In this document: piece after piece, positions 9,691 through 21,500 of the stretch
Layout: each line of letters starts with the position of its first letter
How positions within the stretch are numbered: position 1 is the stretch's first letter
NCBI GenBank assembly: GCA_000004985.1
Contig: GG738874.1
DNA length: 64,000 bases
Source: Naegleria gruberi
Taxonomy: Eukaryota
Strand: one strand, 5' to 3'
Notes under the pieces: model-generated
Databases searched by the model: none
What the model saw: the letters and a program-made list of their open reading frames with translations, nothing else
Told to the model about the DNA's origin: nothing
Position numbers and translations under genes: made by a program

Positions 9691-11277
9691 ATGTCAAGCG
9701 ATAACACTAATGGTGGAACAACCTCAAGTGGTCCAGTTCTCTCCCAATCGGCAACTGATGTCTCATCTCCAACCGAAATTAAAGCCAAAAAGAAGGTTGT
9801 CATTAATGCTGAACCAACCCACGGTCCAATGTCAGTAGCTTCCAACACTACAAAAACCTCTGCCTCTGCTAAAGGAGCTCTCAAAGTCAATACATGTTGT
9901 GGTGTTGTTGAACTGACACCTATGAAATTAGCCTGTTTGATTGGTATGGCTATTACTGTCGTTGCCTTTGTTGCTTTGGGTGTTATTTCAATTACAAGCT
10001 TTGTTTATTCGAGCAGTAAGAAAATTGACCTTTTAATTACCTATGCAGATATCAGATATTACAGATCACAAGCTATGGCTGCTGTCAAGATGGCTGCTTA
10101 TTCTAATGTATGTTTTATAATTATTTGATCAAACTGAACTGTTATTTCCACAAATTAACAATGTTGTCAACCTTTTAACAATGATGACAACTAACATTAA
10201 TTGATAACCAATAATTTAATGATGACAATTCAATAGGATTTTAATCAATACTATGATATCTACACTTCCAACAATAACAATTTAACAAACCTCATCACGT
10301 CGATCAGAACAATTTTCCAAAATGATGCCACAGCCAATGCCCTCTTCACCAAGACCACTCTGACAGCAAAGAGTAAATTGGAAGGTTTTAATACCTATAT
10401 CTTTGGTTTATTGAGACAAGGCAGTTATCAACAAGATGCTATTGACACAGTGAATAGTCAAGATTATAAGGACACTGATAATCTTTTCTATTCTGGTTTA
10501 ACTTCCCTATTGAACTATGTCGTTACTTCGGAACAATCCAAAGACAATAGTGTCATTGCTTCCAACCTAGTTCAATTGGTAATTATTGTGATTGCCTTGG
10601 TGATTGTTTTGCCAGTTTTAGTATTCGTCTTTACTTATGCCATCAATCGTGACTCACTCTATTTGGAAAAGATTAGACGTGCCAATTCCATCATGTTATT
10701 GGATACAATTGCTGATAGTAATTTACGTTCTCTCTTCAAAGCTCATTGTGAAAAGGAAAAGTCAACTGAAAACTTTTTACTCTTAGAAAAGATTCACAAC
10801 TATAAGGCCATGTGTGAAAGAGTCGACGATTTAAATATGAAATTATATGGAGATAGCACAATTTCTGATACTGCTAGTGCTTCTTCAAAGACTGATTCAA
10901 CTGCCACTGCTGAGTCAGTTCCAAAACTCAAGAAGGAACAAGTTGCCAAGTATGAAAAAGAGCTCAATGAAATGGAAGGTAAAAAGTATGAATTGGCCTT
11001 TGAAATTTACTCCTATCACTTGGATATCAACGGTGACATGGCTGCCAACGTAACCAAGAGCAAGTGTGACAAGGTTAAGGTTCAACTCGATAATTACAAT
11101 ACCAAACAAATCGAAAGTTTACCACTCGATTTATTCAAACAAATTGAAAAGGAAGTTTGTTTGACCATGATGGACACTCACAATAGATTCAAATCATCCA
11201 TTGCCTTCCAAAAGGAAATGAAAATTCACAAGCTTAACGTTGAAAAGATTAAGGCTAAGCATAAGAATAAGTTTTAA
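9691..11277 (+). CDS. Two-TM RGS-domain protein (regulator of G-protein signalling). Two exons: about 9691..10107 and 10237..11277, with a 129-nt phase-0 intron. Paralog of 45176..46798.
   Basis: The RGS core is LEKIRRANSIMLLDTIADSNLRSLFKAHCEKEKSTENFLLLEKIHNYKAMCE (S.ENL.F-type motif). Exon 1 has the TM helix KLACLIGMAITVVAFVALGVI, and a second TM helix lies just before the RGS domain. Donor AAT|GTATGT, acceptor CAATAG|GAT. The architecture is colinear with the unspliced paralog on the minus strand at 45176..46798. Confidence 0.75.
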
Positions 11278-11655
11278 ATTTTTGAGAGGAGAGAAAAATA
11301 ATTACCCACCAAGTAGAATATATCTGATACCTTGCTGCTGCTGTGTGTGTAATTAATATTGTATCATAATAATATTAAAATAATGAATTTTTGTAAATTG
11401 TAATAGAACATCATATTCTCCTCGGGTTGCCTTTTTTGATCAAACTGAATCTGTAAAAAATGGCGTTAATCAAACCGCGGGAAATCGTTAGTTGATTTTA
11501 GAAGGCTTGTTGTTGTATGGAAAGTGCATGGAGATATTACCATAACTCTCATGATTGGAGAAATATTAAAGTGGAAAGGAAGGCTATTTTGAATGTGAAA
11601 ATATTCCATCCGATAATTTTATTATTTAATATTATTTTTAAAATTTAAATTTAAT

Positions 11656-14600
11656 TTATTGGGTATTGGCAAAGAGGTTGGAAACACTTCTATTGTTTGA
11701 GTAGAGGAGTGGATTGTTTTTCAAGTGTCTGTGATGTTTGTCATTGAGCAAATAGGTCTTGACAATTCCCTTTCCTTTCACATCAACTTCTCTCTCTTCA
11801 AAATCATATCCCAAATCGAAAACTCTTTCATAAGTTGATCTGGAGATTTGAATTCGTCCATTCTTTGAAGTGGATTCCATTCGAGAAGCAATATTGATGG
11901 TATCACCCCATAAATCGTAGGCAAACTTTTTCATTCCAATCACTCCAGCAACAACTGATCCTGTATTAATTCCAACTCGAATATTGATTTGTTGAGGTGG
12001 TGGAGAGGATGATTTCACCTTTAATTCATTATCTGTTTCCTTAACAACCTCCTCTTGTTCATTATTATCAACAGATTTGAGTCGATTTGAATTGAAATCA
12101 TTTATCACTCCAAATGTTTCAATTGCAAATTTTAAAACTCTTTCAGGATGATCACTTGTTGCAGCTCCAGGTAATCCACCCACTGCAAAATAGGCATCTC
12201 CAATTGTTTTGATCTTTTCCAAATCATATTTTTCAGTCAACATGTCAAATCCATTCACAATTGAGTTCAACATCATTACTAAATCAGTGGCTTGCATATT
12301 ACTACTTATGGCTGTAAATCCAACCATATCTGAAAAGAAACAAGTGATATCATCCAATTTTTCAGCAATGAATGTATGTCCACTTTTCAATCTTGAAGCA
12401 ACACTTGTTGGTAAGATATTCTTCAAGAGATTATCCGATTTTTGTTTCTCTTCACTCAATAAGGCATTTTGTTTCTTTTCAGAAGTTAAATCTTTCATTG
12501 TGACAATCAGAATATTTCTCATTGAACCTCTTTCACCTTGAATTTTGACAGTGAAGAGTGTTATTTTGCAAGGGAATTTGGTTTGATTTCTTCTGATACA
12601 ATCTAATTCAACAATTTCACATTTTCCATTTCCTTCTTCACTCTCCTTGCTGGATTGTTTCAATTGAACATCTTCATCATCTTGATCTTCATCCTTCTTA
12701 TCAGAATCTTTTCCACTCTTTTTGAAAATATACTTGATACACTTGTTGAGTTCATCTTGGTGTGTTGATTCAACCAATTGTGAAATTGAAGTTCCCAAAA
12801 CATCAATTGGTTTCATTCCAAACATTTTCAATGCAGAATAATTCAAAAATTCAATTTCATGATTCTCATTACAAATAATACTTCCTTCAACACTTGAATT
12901 GAAAACATTCTTCAAATCAGAAATGGATGAAGCGGAAGATGATGATGATTTGTCCTTCTTTTTCATTCTTGTACTCAATGAATTGGTATTGTTATAGAGG
13001 ATAAAGTTTCTCAATGTTTCATTCCTCTCTAAAACTTCAACTGGAATATATTGTGACATTAATCGAAGTGAATGTAATTGACCACAATAATTGGAGTAGA
13101 TGATATACATCAGAAAGAAGAAAACCATACACCCAACAATTTCCACACCTGCAAAGCTTATTACTACATCATAAGAGGGAGCTGTAGAGGAGGAAATGAA
13201 TGCCTTGATGAAAATTGTGAACTTGTTACTCAATGCTAGTGCCATTCTCATAGCAAGGTTATGCCGTATCCCTAAATCAGCTATTGGAAGAAGAATACCT
13301 TTTGGAGTTGCTGCCTTTTGAAGAGAATTTTGCTTTCTGGAGTCAGTCAATAATTGAGGAACCAGGGTCATGTAATCATTCAAAAGTGTTTCCAAACCGA
13401 TGCAGTACATCATATTTGTTTCTATTGTAAGAGTCATATTATTTTCTTGCAAATAGTCAGAGCAATTAGATGAAACGCCATGATTAATAAGTGAGTCAAC
13501 ACCTGGATACATTCCTAAAATTGGTCTGGTACCAACAGAGGCATCCCCATAAATTAATCTTGACCACATACTACTAAGAGTTGGTAATCTATTTGTTGCT
13601 CTGTCAAAGAGTACATTGAAATTTGTAACAGTATTGAATAATCTTGGATCACCATATGTAACATTTCTTTTGAAATTAACTGCCAATGGAGAAATATTGT
13701 TTGAAATTTCACTTGCAACAAAGTAGGTCATTACTTCACCTGTGTTAAATGCGATTCTCTGTACAGATGTTGCAGCTTGAATACTTAATCTTACATTGTT
13801 CATCACTCTACCAGCAGTTTGGGCATTGAAGTCGCTTTCATAATAGAACATGGCAATACTTGCACATGTAAATAAGGTAATCAGCGAAATCAAAATAATT
13901 GTTGAAATGTTTGATTTCATTTTGGCAAGTGAGAAAGTATTGTCAGCATTATTGGCAGTATCAGTTGTTTTGTTGTTGAGAGAGTGAAATATTTTTCCAA
14001 TCACATCTTTGCTCAAATGTTTTTCATATATTTTCACAATTTTTGTCATATGACTCATTTCAAATATCATATAACTCAAATAAGCAATACTGATCAAAAA
14101 GAATGCAACTAGAACTGCACCTGAATAATACACCAAATTTTGAGTTGTTAGATCTACTGCATCTGTTGATCTATCAAGATAACGGGCGCAAAAAGTATCA
14201 AAAGCCAGTGAAGCAGTTTCTCTATTCGCAAACAGGAACATGAAATTGTAATTCTTCAATGGGTGAAAGTACAAATCAGTTGCTGCAATATTTAGCAATA
14301 GAGTTTGATAGGACGGATCATAGTTATGGCTTGAAATATTTGTCAACAAGTTAATTGGAAAGGTGTCAATCATATTTTGGGTATACTTGATCATGTGGTT
14401 TGTAAATTCAAGAATGGATATATTCTTTTGACTTGCACTTCCTAAATCATACAAATTCAAATCTTTTGAATTTTCATTTGGAAAGTTACAAGTGTAAATG
14501 TTAGCAGAATAATCTGAATATACATCTACATCGAAAGAATTACTTTGACTCAATTTGATAAGATTCTTGTAAATATCAATATTGTCTTGCAATCGTTTGT

Positions 14601-17136
14601 AGGAATTCTTGATATATTCAGTTTTGGAAAGAGTCTCATATCCTTGATAGGTATTTGGCCATGGATATTCAAAAAACATGAAGGTATTAATGAAGTTCTG
14701 TGTTGCCCTAATGTTTCTAAGTACAGAGTAAGGAGAAATACTTGGTTGACAAACTTGTTGGAGGTAAGGAACTCCTGATTTTACCATATTTGAATAATAG
14801 GCACTGAGAGCCAGTGATGCAACAAACAGAGCAACAACAACCAGGGCGTAAATGCAAGTGATAGATAGTGTGAGAGTATTTGATCTTTGTGATGAAATGG
14901 CATTCTTGAAAATTTGCTCCTTTTTAATCTTTGGATTTTCAAATGCACTTGCCATATCATCTTCATTTGGTTCCTCTTGAGCCAAGTACATTTCATAAGT
15001 ATTTTTTACCTCTGACACAAGTGGCATAATTCTATTTCCTCTCTTATTGACTGTATTATTTGCAAATGAAGCTTTCCTTCTCTTTTTAATTTCCTCTTCT
15101 TCAATGGAGGACGCTTCATTGTAATAGTATTGTGCTAATTCTGAATTGAATTCAAAATTTTCCAAAAAGTTTCCATATAATCTGAGAAGTGTCTTGTTAT
15201 TCTTATTGTTGAAAATTAAATTTTGCAACGTATTTCTACATTGAGTGGTCAAAGCATAAATGGAACGATTAATCTTTTCAACAGATGAATAATTAATTCT
15301 TTCAGAGGCCATTTCTTTCCAAAAGTTTCTGTGAAGAACCAACAAGTTATTTTGATTCTTTTCTAGAATATCTAATTGAGAGGTTAATTCAAATGAATTG
15401 CTTGTTGATTTGGATTTTAAATTGAATGATTCAATTTGTTTCATTTTCTCTCTGATTTTAAATTGTTGGAAAATGTTTGGATGTTGTGATGAGGCTCTTT
15501 TCAATAAACTCATTGAAAAGACACAATTATTTGAATCTAACCATTGTGTTTGAATCAAGAGTGCAGAATAGATTAATAGATCAACATTATTGAATGATTT
15601 TTGATGAGCTGCACCTCTTATGAAAGACATGGCCAATTCACAATCTTTCAATATTTGATTATTTTCAGTAGTGCTATTATTGTTAGTATTATTGGATGAT
15701 TTGTTTAGTGTAGAATTGGATAAACATGATTTGATGAATAATTTCAATAATGATAACTTGTTGAAATCTTCAAACATGTAATATAAATTCATTGCATTCT
15801 TTTCAATTAAAATAAGTGATGAAATGGTTCCATAATTTTCATGACCTTCAATTCCATTCAATATCATATTTCTTGCTCTCTTCAATTGTAAACGTTGATA
15901 CAGTTCCATTGTCAATGTGCCAACAGTAAAGAAAATGATAATAAGAGCAAGTGTCATTAATGAAAATGCAATTCCCATCATTTCAAAATTGGCCCTCTCA
16001 GAATCTGAAGATGAAGATGTTATCGATGATGAATTGACCAATGAAGAAACGAGTGAACCAATACTCGCACCAACTCTTGCTGACATTACACCAAAATACA
16101 ATGAATTTTCAAATCTTCTCAAACATGGCATGCTATAGAATACCAAAACACAACAAATTAGTGAAACTAGTAAATGAAAAATTGCTGATATGAAAATATA
16201 ATTGGTTGGTAATAATTGAGACAATACCAATTGTAAAATACTCAGACAACCAATCAAACTAAAAATGAATGGATTTTCAATCAACATTGGAATTTGAGAT
16301 TCTGGATTTGAATTGCATGTTATAAATTCTGATAATGGAAAGACAAAAGTGACCAAAACTAAAATTGAAATAATTGAAAGAATTAACATGATCAAATTGG
16401 TGGTGTCATTAATACATGCTTGATTCGGATATCTCATCAATGAAGCAATCATATCAGAAGATTCATCAGCATCATTCATCATCATTGTTGAACTACAATT
16501 GAGAAAACCAAGCAACACATAAACAAACAACAAGGAGAATGGTTTTACAATCAAAGCACAATAAAAAGTAAACCATTTCAATTTCTTATAATACTTGTTC
16601 TGTTTGTTGGCTAATCGAATTGAAATTACATAAAAAACAGCCATAATCAATATAATTGCAATGAAAACAGAACCAATTCCAACAACACCCAAATAAGGAA
16701 TCATTCTTGCAATCAAAGTCGTTGGAAAATTGAAAGCATCAATTAAAATATAACTTCCAACATGTCCCCATTTAAAATCTGAAAGAGTTGTCATGAAAAT
16801 TAAACACCACATCCAATAAACATTCACAAATAAAAAGATTGAATAATTTTTCCATCCCTTCTTTGCCTCACAATCTTGTAAAGTGATAATACTATTGGTG
16901 AGTAATATCTTTGCCTGATAAGTGATTGAATTAGTTTCGGTTGTGGTTGTATGAGTGTTGGCACTGTGCAAACTTTCAGAGCCAACATGAGATGGTGTTG
17001 GTTGTAAGAGATTAGATGGATGTTGTTGCTGAGCATTGAAGGAGAAGGCAGCGCTGTAGGAATCGAATAAATTATTGGAAGAAATGTTTCGTGTTGTTTC
17101 GTTTGGATTGGAATGATTTGAGTTGGATTCCTCCAT
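11656..17136 (-). CDS. Receptor-type class III nucleotidyl cyclase, predicted adenylyl cyclase (1826 aa), tandem copy 1.
   Basis: The C-terminal cyclase homology domain contains FSDMVGFTAI, KIKTIGDAYFAVGG, GSVVAGVIGMKKFAYDLWGDTINIASRMES. The purine-specifying residues are Lys (KIKTIG) and Asp (YDLWG), as in adenylyl cyclases; guanylyl cyclases have Glu and Cys. Upstream lie an N-terminal ~6-TM block, a predicted helical region, and two more TM segments flanking a ~350-aa extracellular segment. A PAS-like segment precedes the catalytic domain. No intron is needed. Confidence 0.85.
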   Translation of the reverse strand: MEESNSNHSNPNETTRNISSNNLFDSYSAAFSFNAQQQHPSNLLQPTPSHVGSESLHSANTHTTTTETNSITYQAKILLTNSIITLQDCEAKKGWKNYSIFLFVNVYWMWCLIFMTTLSDFKWGHVGSYILIDAFNFPTTLIARMIPYLGVVGIGSVFIAIILIMAVFYVISIRLANKQNKYYKKLKWFTFYCALIVKPFSLLFVYVLLGFLNCSSTMMMNDADESSDMIASLMRYPNQACINDTTNLIMLILSIISILVLVTFVFPLSEFITCNSNPESQIPMLIENPFIFSLIGCLSILQLVLSQLLPTNYIFISAIFHLLVSLICCVLVFYSMPCLRRFENSLYFGVMSARVGASIGSLVSSLVNSSSITSSSSDSERANFEMMGIAFSLMTLALIIIFFTVGTLTMELYQRLQLKRARNMILNGIEGHENYGTISSLILIEKNAMNLYYMFEDFNKLSLLKLFIKSCLSNSTLNKSSNNTNNNSTTENNQILKDCELAMSFIRGAAHQKSFNNVDLLIYSALLIQTQWLDSNNCVFSMSLLKRASSQHPNIFQQFKIREKMKQIESFNLKSKSTSNSFELTSQLDILEKNQNNLLVLHRNFWKEMASERINYSSVEKINRSIYALTTQCRNTLQNLIFNNKNNKTLLRLYGNFLENFEFNSELAQYYYNEASSIEEEEIKKRRKASFANNTVNKRGNRIMPLVSEVKNTYEMYLAQEEPNEDDMASAFENPKIKKEQIFKNAISSQRSNTLTLSITCIYALVVVALFVASLALSAYYSNMVKSGVPYLQQVCQPSISPYSVLRNIRATQNFINTFMFFEYPWPNTYQGYETLSKTEYIKNSYKRLQDNIDIYKNLIKLSQSNSFDVDVYSDYSANIYTCNFPNENSKDLNLYDLGSASQKNISILEFTNHMIKYTQNMIDTFPINLLTNISSHNYDPSYQTLLLNIAATDLYFHPLKNYNFMFLFANRETASLAFDTFCARYLDRSTDAVDLTTQNLVYYSGAVLVAFFLISIAYLSYMIFEMSHMTKIVKIYEKHLSKDVIGKIFHSLNNKTTDTANNADNTFSLAKMKSNISTIILISLITLFTCASIAMFYYESDFNAQTAGRVMNNVRLSIQAATSVQRIAFNTGEVMTYFVASEISNNISPLAVNFKRNVTYGDPRLFNTVTNFNVLFDRATNRLPTLSSMWSRLIYGDASVGTRPILGMYPGVDSLINHGVSSNCSDYLQENNMTLTIETNMMYCIGLETLLNDYMTLVPQLLTDSRKQNSLQKAATPKGILLPIADLGIRHNLAMRMALALSNKFTIFIKAFISSSTAPSYDVVISFAGVEIVGCMVFFFLMYIIYSNYCGQLHSLRLMSQYIPVEVLERNETLRNFILYNNTNSLSTRMKKKDKSSSSSASSISDLKNVFNSSVEGSIICNENHEIEFLNYSALKMFGMKPIDVLGTSISQLVESTHQDELNKCIKYIFKKSGKDSDKKDEDQDDEDVQLKQSSKESEEGNGKCEIVELDCIRRNQTKFPCKITLFTVKIQGERGSMRNILIVTMKDLTSEKKQNALLSEEKQKSDNLLKNILPTSVASRLKSGHTFIAEKLDDITCFFSDMVGFTAISSNMQATDLVMMLNSIVNGFDMLTEKYDLEKIKTIGDAYFAVGGLPGAATSDHPERVLKFAIETFGVINDFNSNRLKSVDNNEQEEVVKETDNELKVKSSSPPPQQINIRVGINTGSVVAGVIGMKKFAYDLWGDTINIASRMESTSKNGRIQISRSTYERVFDLGYDFEEREVDVKGKGIVKTYLLNDKHHRHLKNNPLLYSNNRSVSNLFANTQ

Positions 17137-18513
17137 CTTTCTTTTGGTTTTTTTTTGAAAATTGTAGTTTTTGTGCCGCCCGGGCGGGTAAGTTGTCAGA
17201 AGTTTCAGATTCGAATAACTTCAACTATACTTCTGTACTGAACTTTAGATGTTGAACATAATTTCCTTCTTGAAATTTGTTTAGTTCGACCGATAGTGAA
17301 ATTACTTTGTTGAGATAAGTTCGCAATGTCTATCAGAATTACATCATGAGATTTCAAATAAAAAAATTATTCGAAATATGGTTATATCATTCACTAGAAT
17401 AAATGTTTGTAAACTATATAGTTTGATTTCTAGTGATTGGTCATTAATTTTGCAACCAGGTTCATGCTCCTTATGATAAGTTTACTTTCGAATATATACA
17501 ATTACAAATGAAAATGGAAATAAAAATTCTCAATTAATTTTGATGTTTGTAATTAATGACAGGTTTTGAGATAATGGTGGGCTAGGAACATAACGAAAAT
17601 GATTTTCTTGCCGTTTGCCCTCTTGATGTGTTTTGAAGCCAAGCGTCATCTTTTAAATTTACTTTAATGTCCAACATTTTAGAGGATAGAACGTTTATTC
17701 CCACTAGTAATATCACCATCAAGAGTTCTTCATCAGATATCTCGAAATCCTTTCTTTTGTTCTTCAAGTTCATGTTTGATTTTTTCTTGCCTTTTTGAGA
17801 GTTGTTTTTGGTTTTTTCAATTTTTTCATATTTATTTTCAAAGGCCACATCAAAGCATCGAAGGAGATTGGCTTCACACAAGATTTTAAGCAATTTGGAA
17901 ATACAGGTAAAGTGCTTTATTTTGAAACATCACAAAAAATCAAACAACAATCTTTTAATAATTAGCTGAAGATTGAGCCTTTTCAAATAATATCAAGTCT
18001 TTATTCAATAATTGCCAAATCCTTACAATTTTTATCTCACGATCTGGCAAACATTGAAATTGTTAATTAATCATGATCGATTGTTTAATAGATTGATCAA
18101 AAAACAGATTGATTAGATGGATTTTAATCGATCAACATGGATGAGATGGAAAAATGATTGGTGTTGAGTGAAAAAATTGTTTCTGGAAAACTGCAATATT
18201 CATCGAGTGGCAAATTTCACTTCATGGTGAATTTTCCAACATGGCAAAGTTCATGTTTAAGAGATTTTCTCCTAAGGTCCATATAAGGGTTGTGGCATTA
18301 TCTTCCTCACGAATAAAATCATCAAAGTTGAGCATATATTTTTTCAACTGTAAAAGGGGAATAATGTGTTCAATGTAACCTCATTGAGCACTGAAACAGA
18401 AAGTTTATTCTCTTAATGTACAAATTCAGCGTAAAACGATTTTCTTTGCTTGTATTAATATTATAATAAAATTATAGGAATATATAAATATTATTTTAAT
18501 CTTTCAACATGGT

Positions 18514-21500
18514 TTAGTTGGAGAAAAGTATTGGCATGCTTCTATTGTTTGAGTAGAGGAGTGGATTGTTTTTCAAGTGTCTGTGATGTTTGTCATTGAG
18601 CAAATAGGTCTTGACAATTCCTTTTCCTTTCACATCAACTTCTCTCTCTTCAAAATCATATCCCAAATCGAAAACTCTTTCATAAGTTGATCTGGAGATT
18701 TGAATTCGTCCATTCTTTGAAGTGGATTCCATTCGAGAAGCAATATTGATGGTATCACCCCATAAATCGTAGGCAAACTTTTTCATTCCAATCACTCCAG
18801 CAACAACTGATCCTGTATTAATTCCAACTCGAATATTGATTTGTTGAGGTGGTGGAGAGGATGATTTCACCTTTAATTCATTATCTGTTTCCTTAACAAC
18901 CTCCTCTTGTTCATTATTATCAACAGATTTGAGTCGATTTGAATTGAAATCATTTATCACTCCAAATGTTTCAATTGCAAATTTTAAAACTCTTTCAGGA
19001 TGATCACTTGTTGCAGCTCCAGGTAATCCACCCACTGCAAAATAGGCATCTCCAATTGTTTTGATCTTTTCCAAATCATATTTTTCAGTCAACATGTCAA
19101 ATCCATTCACAATTGAGTTCAACATCATGACTAAATCAGTGGCTTGCATATTACTACTTATGGCTGTAAATCCAACCATATCTGAAAAGAAACAAGTGAT
19201 ATCATCCAATTTTTCAGCAATGAATGTATGTCCACTTTTCAATCTTGAAGCAACACTTGTTGGTAAAATGTTCTTCAAGAGATTATCCGATTTTTGTTTC
19301 TCTTCACTCAATAAGGCATTTTGTTTCTTTTCAGAAGTTAAATCTTTCATTGTGACAATCAGAATATTTCTCATTGAACCTCTTTCACCTTGAATTTTGA
19401 CAGTGAAGAGTGTTATTTTGCAAGGGAATTTGGTTTGATTTCTTCTGATACAATCCAATTCAACAATTTCACATTTTCCATTTCCTTCTTCACTCTCCCT
19501 CTTCACTTGTTTCAATTGAACATCTTCATCATCTTGATCTTCATCCTTCTTATCAGAATCTTTTCCACTCTTTTTGAAAATATACTTGATACACTTGTTG
19601 AGTTCATCCTGTTGAGTGGATTCAACTAATTGTGAAATTGAAGTTCCCAAAACATCAATTGGTTTCATTCCAAACATTTTCAATGCAGAATAATTCAAAA
19701 ATTCAATTTCATGATTCTCATTACAAATGATACTTCCTTCAACACTTGAATTGAAAACATTCTTCAAATCAGAAATGGATGAAGTTGAAGATGATGATGA
19801 CTTGTCCTTCTTTTTCATTCTTGTACTCAATGAATTGGTATTATTATAGAGGATAAAGTTTCTCAATGTTTCATTCCTCTCTAAAACTTCAACTGGAATA
19901 TATTGTGACATTAATCGAAGTGAATGTAATTGACCACAATAGTTCATATAGATAGTGTAAAGCAGACTAAATATAACCAAACATGCCAAAAATTCTAAAC
20001 AAGCAAAAACAATGGTAACACCAAACGAAGGATTTGATGATGAGCTCACAAATACCTTCATAAATGTAACGAACTTGTTGGTAAGAGCTACACTCATTCT
20101 CAACGCTTGGTTATGTGATAGAGCAACATCTGTTGGTGCAAGAAGAATACCTTTTGGAGTTGCTGCCTTTTGAAGAGTGTTTTGCTTTCTAGATTCGGTC
20201 AATAATTGAGGAATCAATGTCAAATAATCATTTAAAAGTGTTTCCAAACCAACACAATACATCATATATGATTCCATTGTTAATGTAATATTATTCTTTT
20301 GAAGGTAGTCAGAGCAATTAGATGATACACCTTGAGTAACAAGAGAGTCAACATCAGAATATCTTCCCAATATCTGGTCATCTCCAGTGTTTGGATCACC
20401 ATAAATTAGTCTTGACCACATACTACTAAGAGTTGGAAGTCTTGTTGTCACTCTGTCAAAGAGTACATTGAAATTTGTAACAGTATTGAATAATCTTGGA
20501 TCACCATATGTAACATTTCTTTTGAAATTCACTGCCAATGGAGAAATTTTGTTAGAAATTTCACTTGCAACAAAGTAGGTCATTACTTCTCCACTGTTAA
20601 ATCCAATTCTTTGAATAATTGTGGCAGCTTGAATACTCAATCTTACATTCTTCATAACCTTAGAACTGCTGAAAGCGTTGGCATTACTTTCATAATAGAA
20701 CATGGCAATACTTGCACATGTAAATAAGGTAATCAGAGAAATCAAAATAATTGTTGAAATGTTTGATTTCATTTTGGCAAGTGAGAAAGTATTGTCAGCA
20801 TTATTGGCTGTATCAGTTGTTTTGTTGTTGAGAGAGTGAAATATTTTTCCAATCACATCTTTGCTCAAATGTTTTTCATATATTTTCACAATTTTTGTCA
20901 TATGACTCATTTCAAATATCATATAACTCAAATAAGCAATACTGATCAAAAAGAATGCAACTAGAACTGCACCTGTATAATACACCAAATTTTGAGTTGA
21001 CAATTCAATTGAATCAATAGATCTATCAAGATAACGGGCACAAAAAGTATCAAAAGCCAGTGAAGCAGTTTCTCTATTCGCAAACAGGAACATGAAATTG
21101 TAATTCTTCAATGGATTGAAGTACTTGTCGCTAGCAACTAAATCCAACAACGCTGATTGAGTAAATGCATCATTGTTGTTATTGGAAATATTTTGTAGTA
21201 AATCCCAAGGAAATTCATTGATTACATTCTGAGTATATTTGATCATATTGTTTGTAAATTCAAGAATTGAAACATTCTTTTGAGATGAACTTCCCAAATC
21301 GTATATCGTGACATCTTTCGAATTTTCATTTGGATAATTGATGGTAAAATTATTAATAGAATAATCTGAATATACAGTCTCATCAAATGAATTACTCTGA
21401 CCTAATTTGATCAAAGTCTTATAAACCTCTAGCTCTTCTTTAAGTCTTTTCAAAGAGTTGGCAAAGTAATTAGGTTTTGTAGAAATAATATTTCCCTGAT

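Noticed and set aside
12209-12541. 110-aa plus-strand ORF, and its twin at 19061..19393
   Set aside because: Both are antisense to the cyclase catalytic domains. They duplicate only because the cyclases do.
18050-18130. Partial palindromes around TTAATCGATCAA / TGATCGATTG in the spacer between the two cyclases
   Set aside because: They are short, imperfect and AT-rich. This is no more than expected in this composition.
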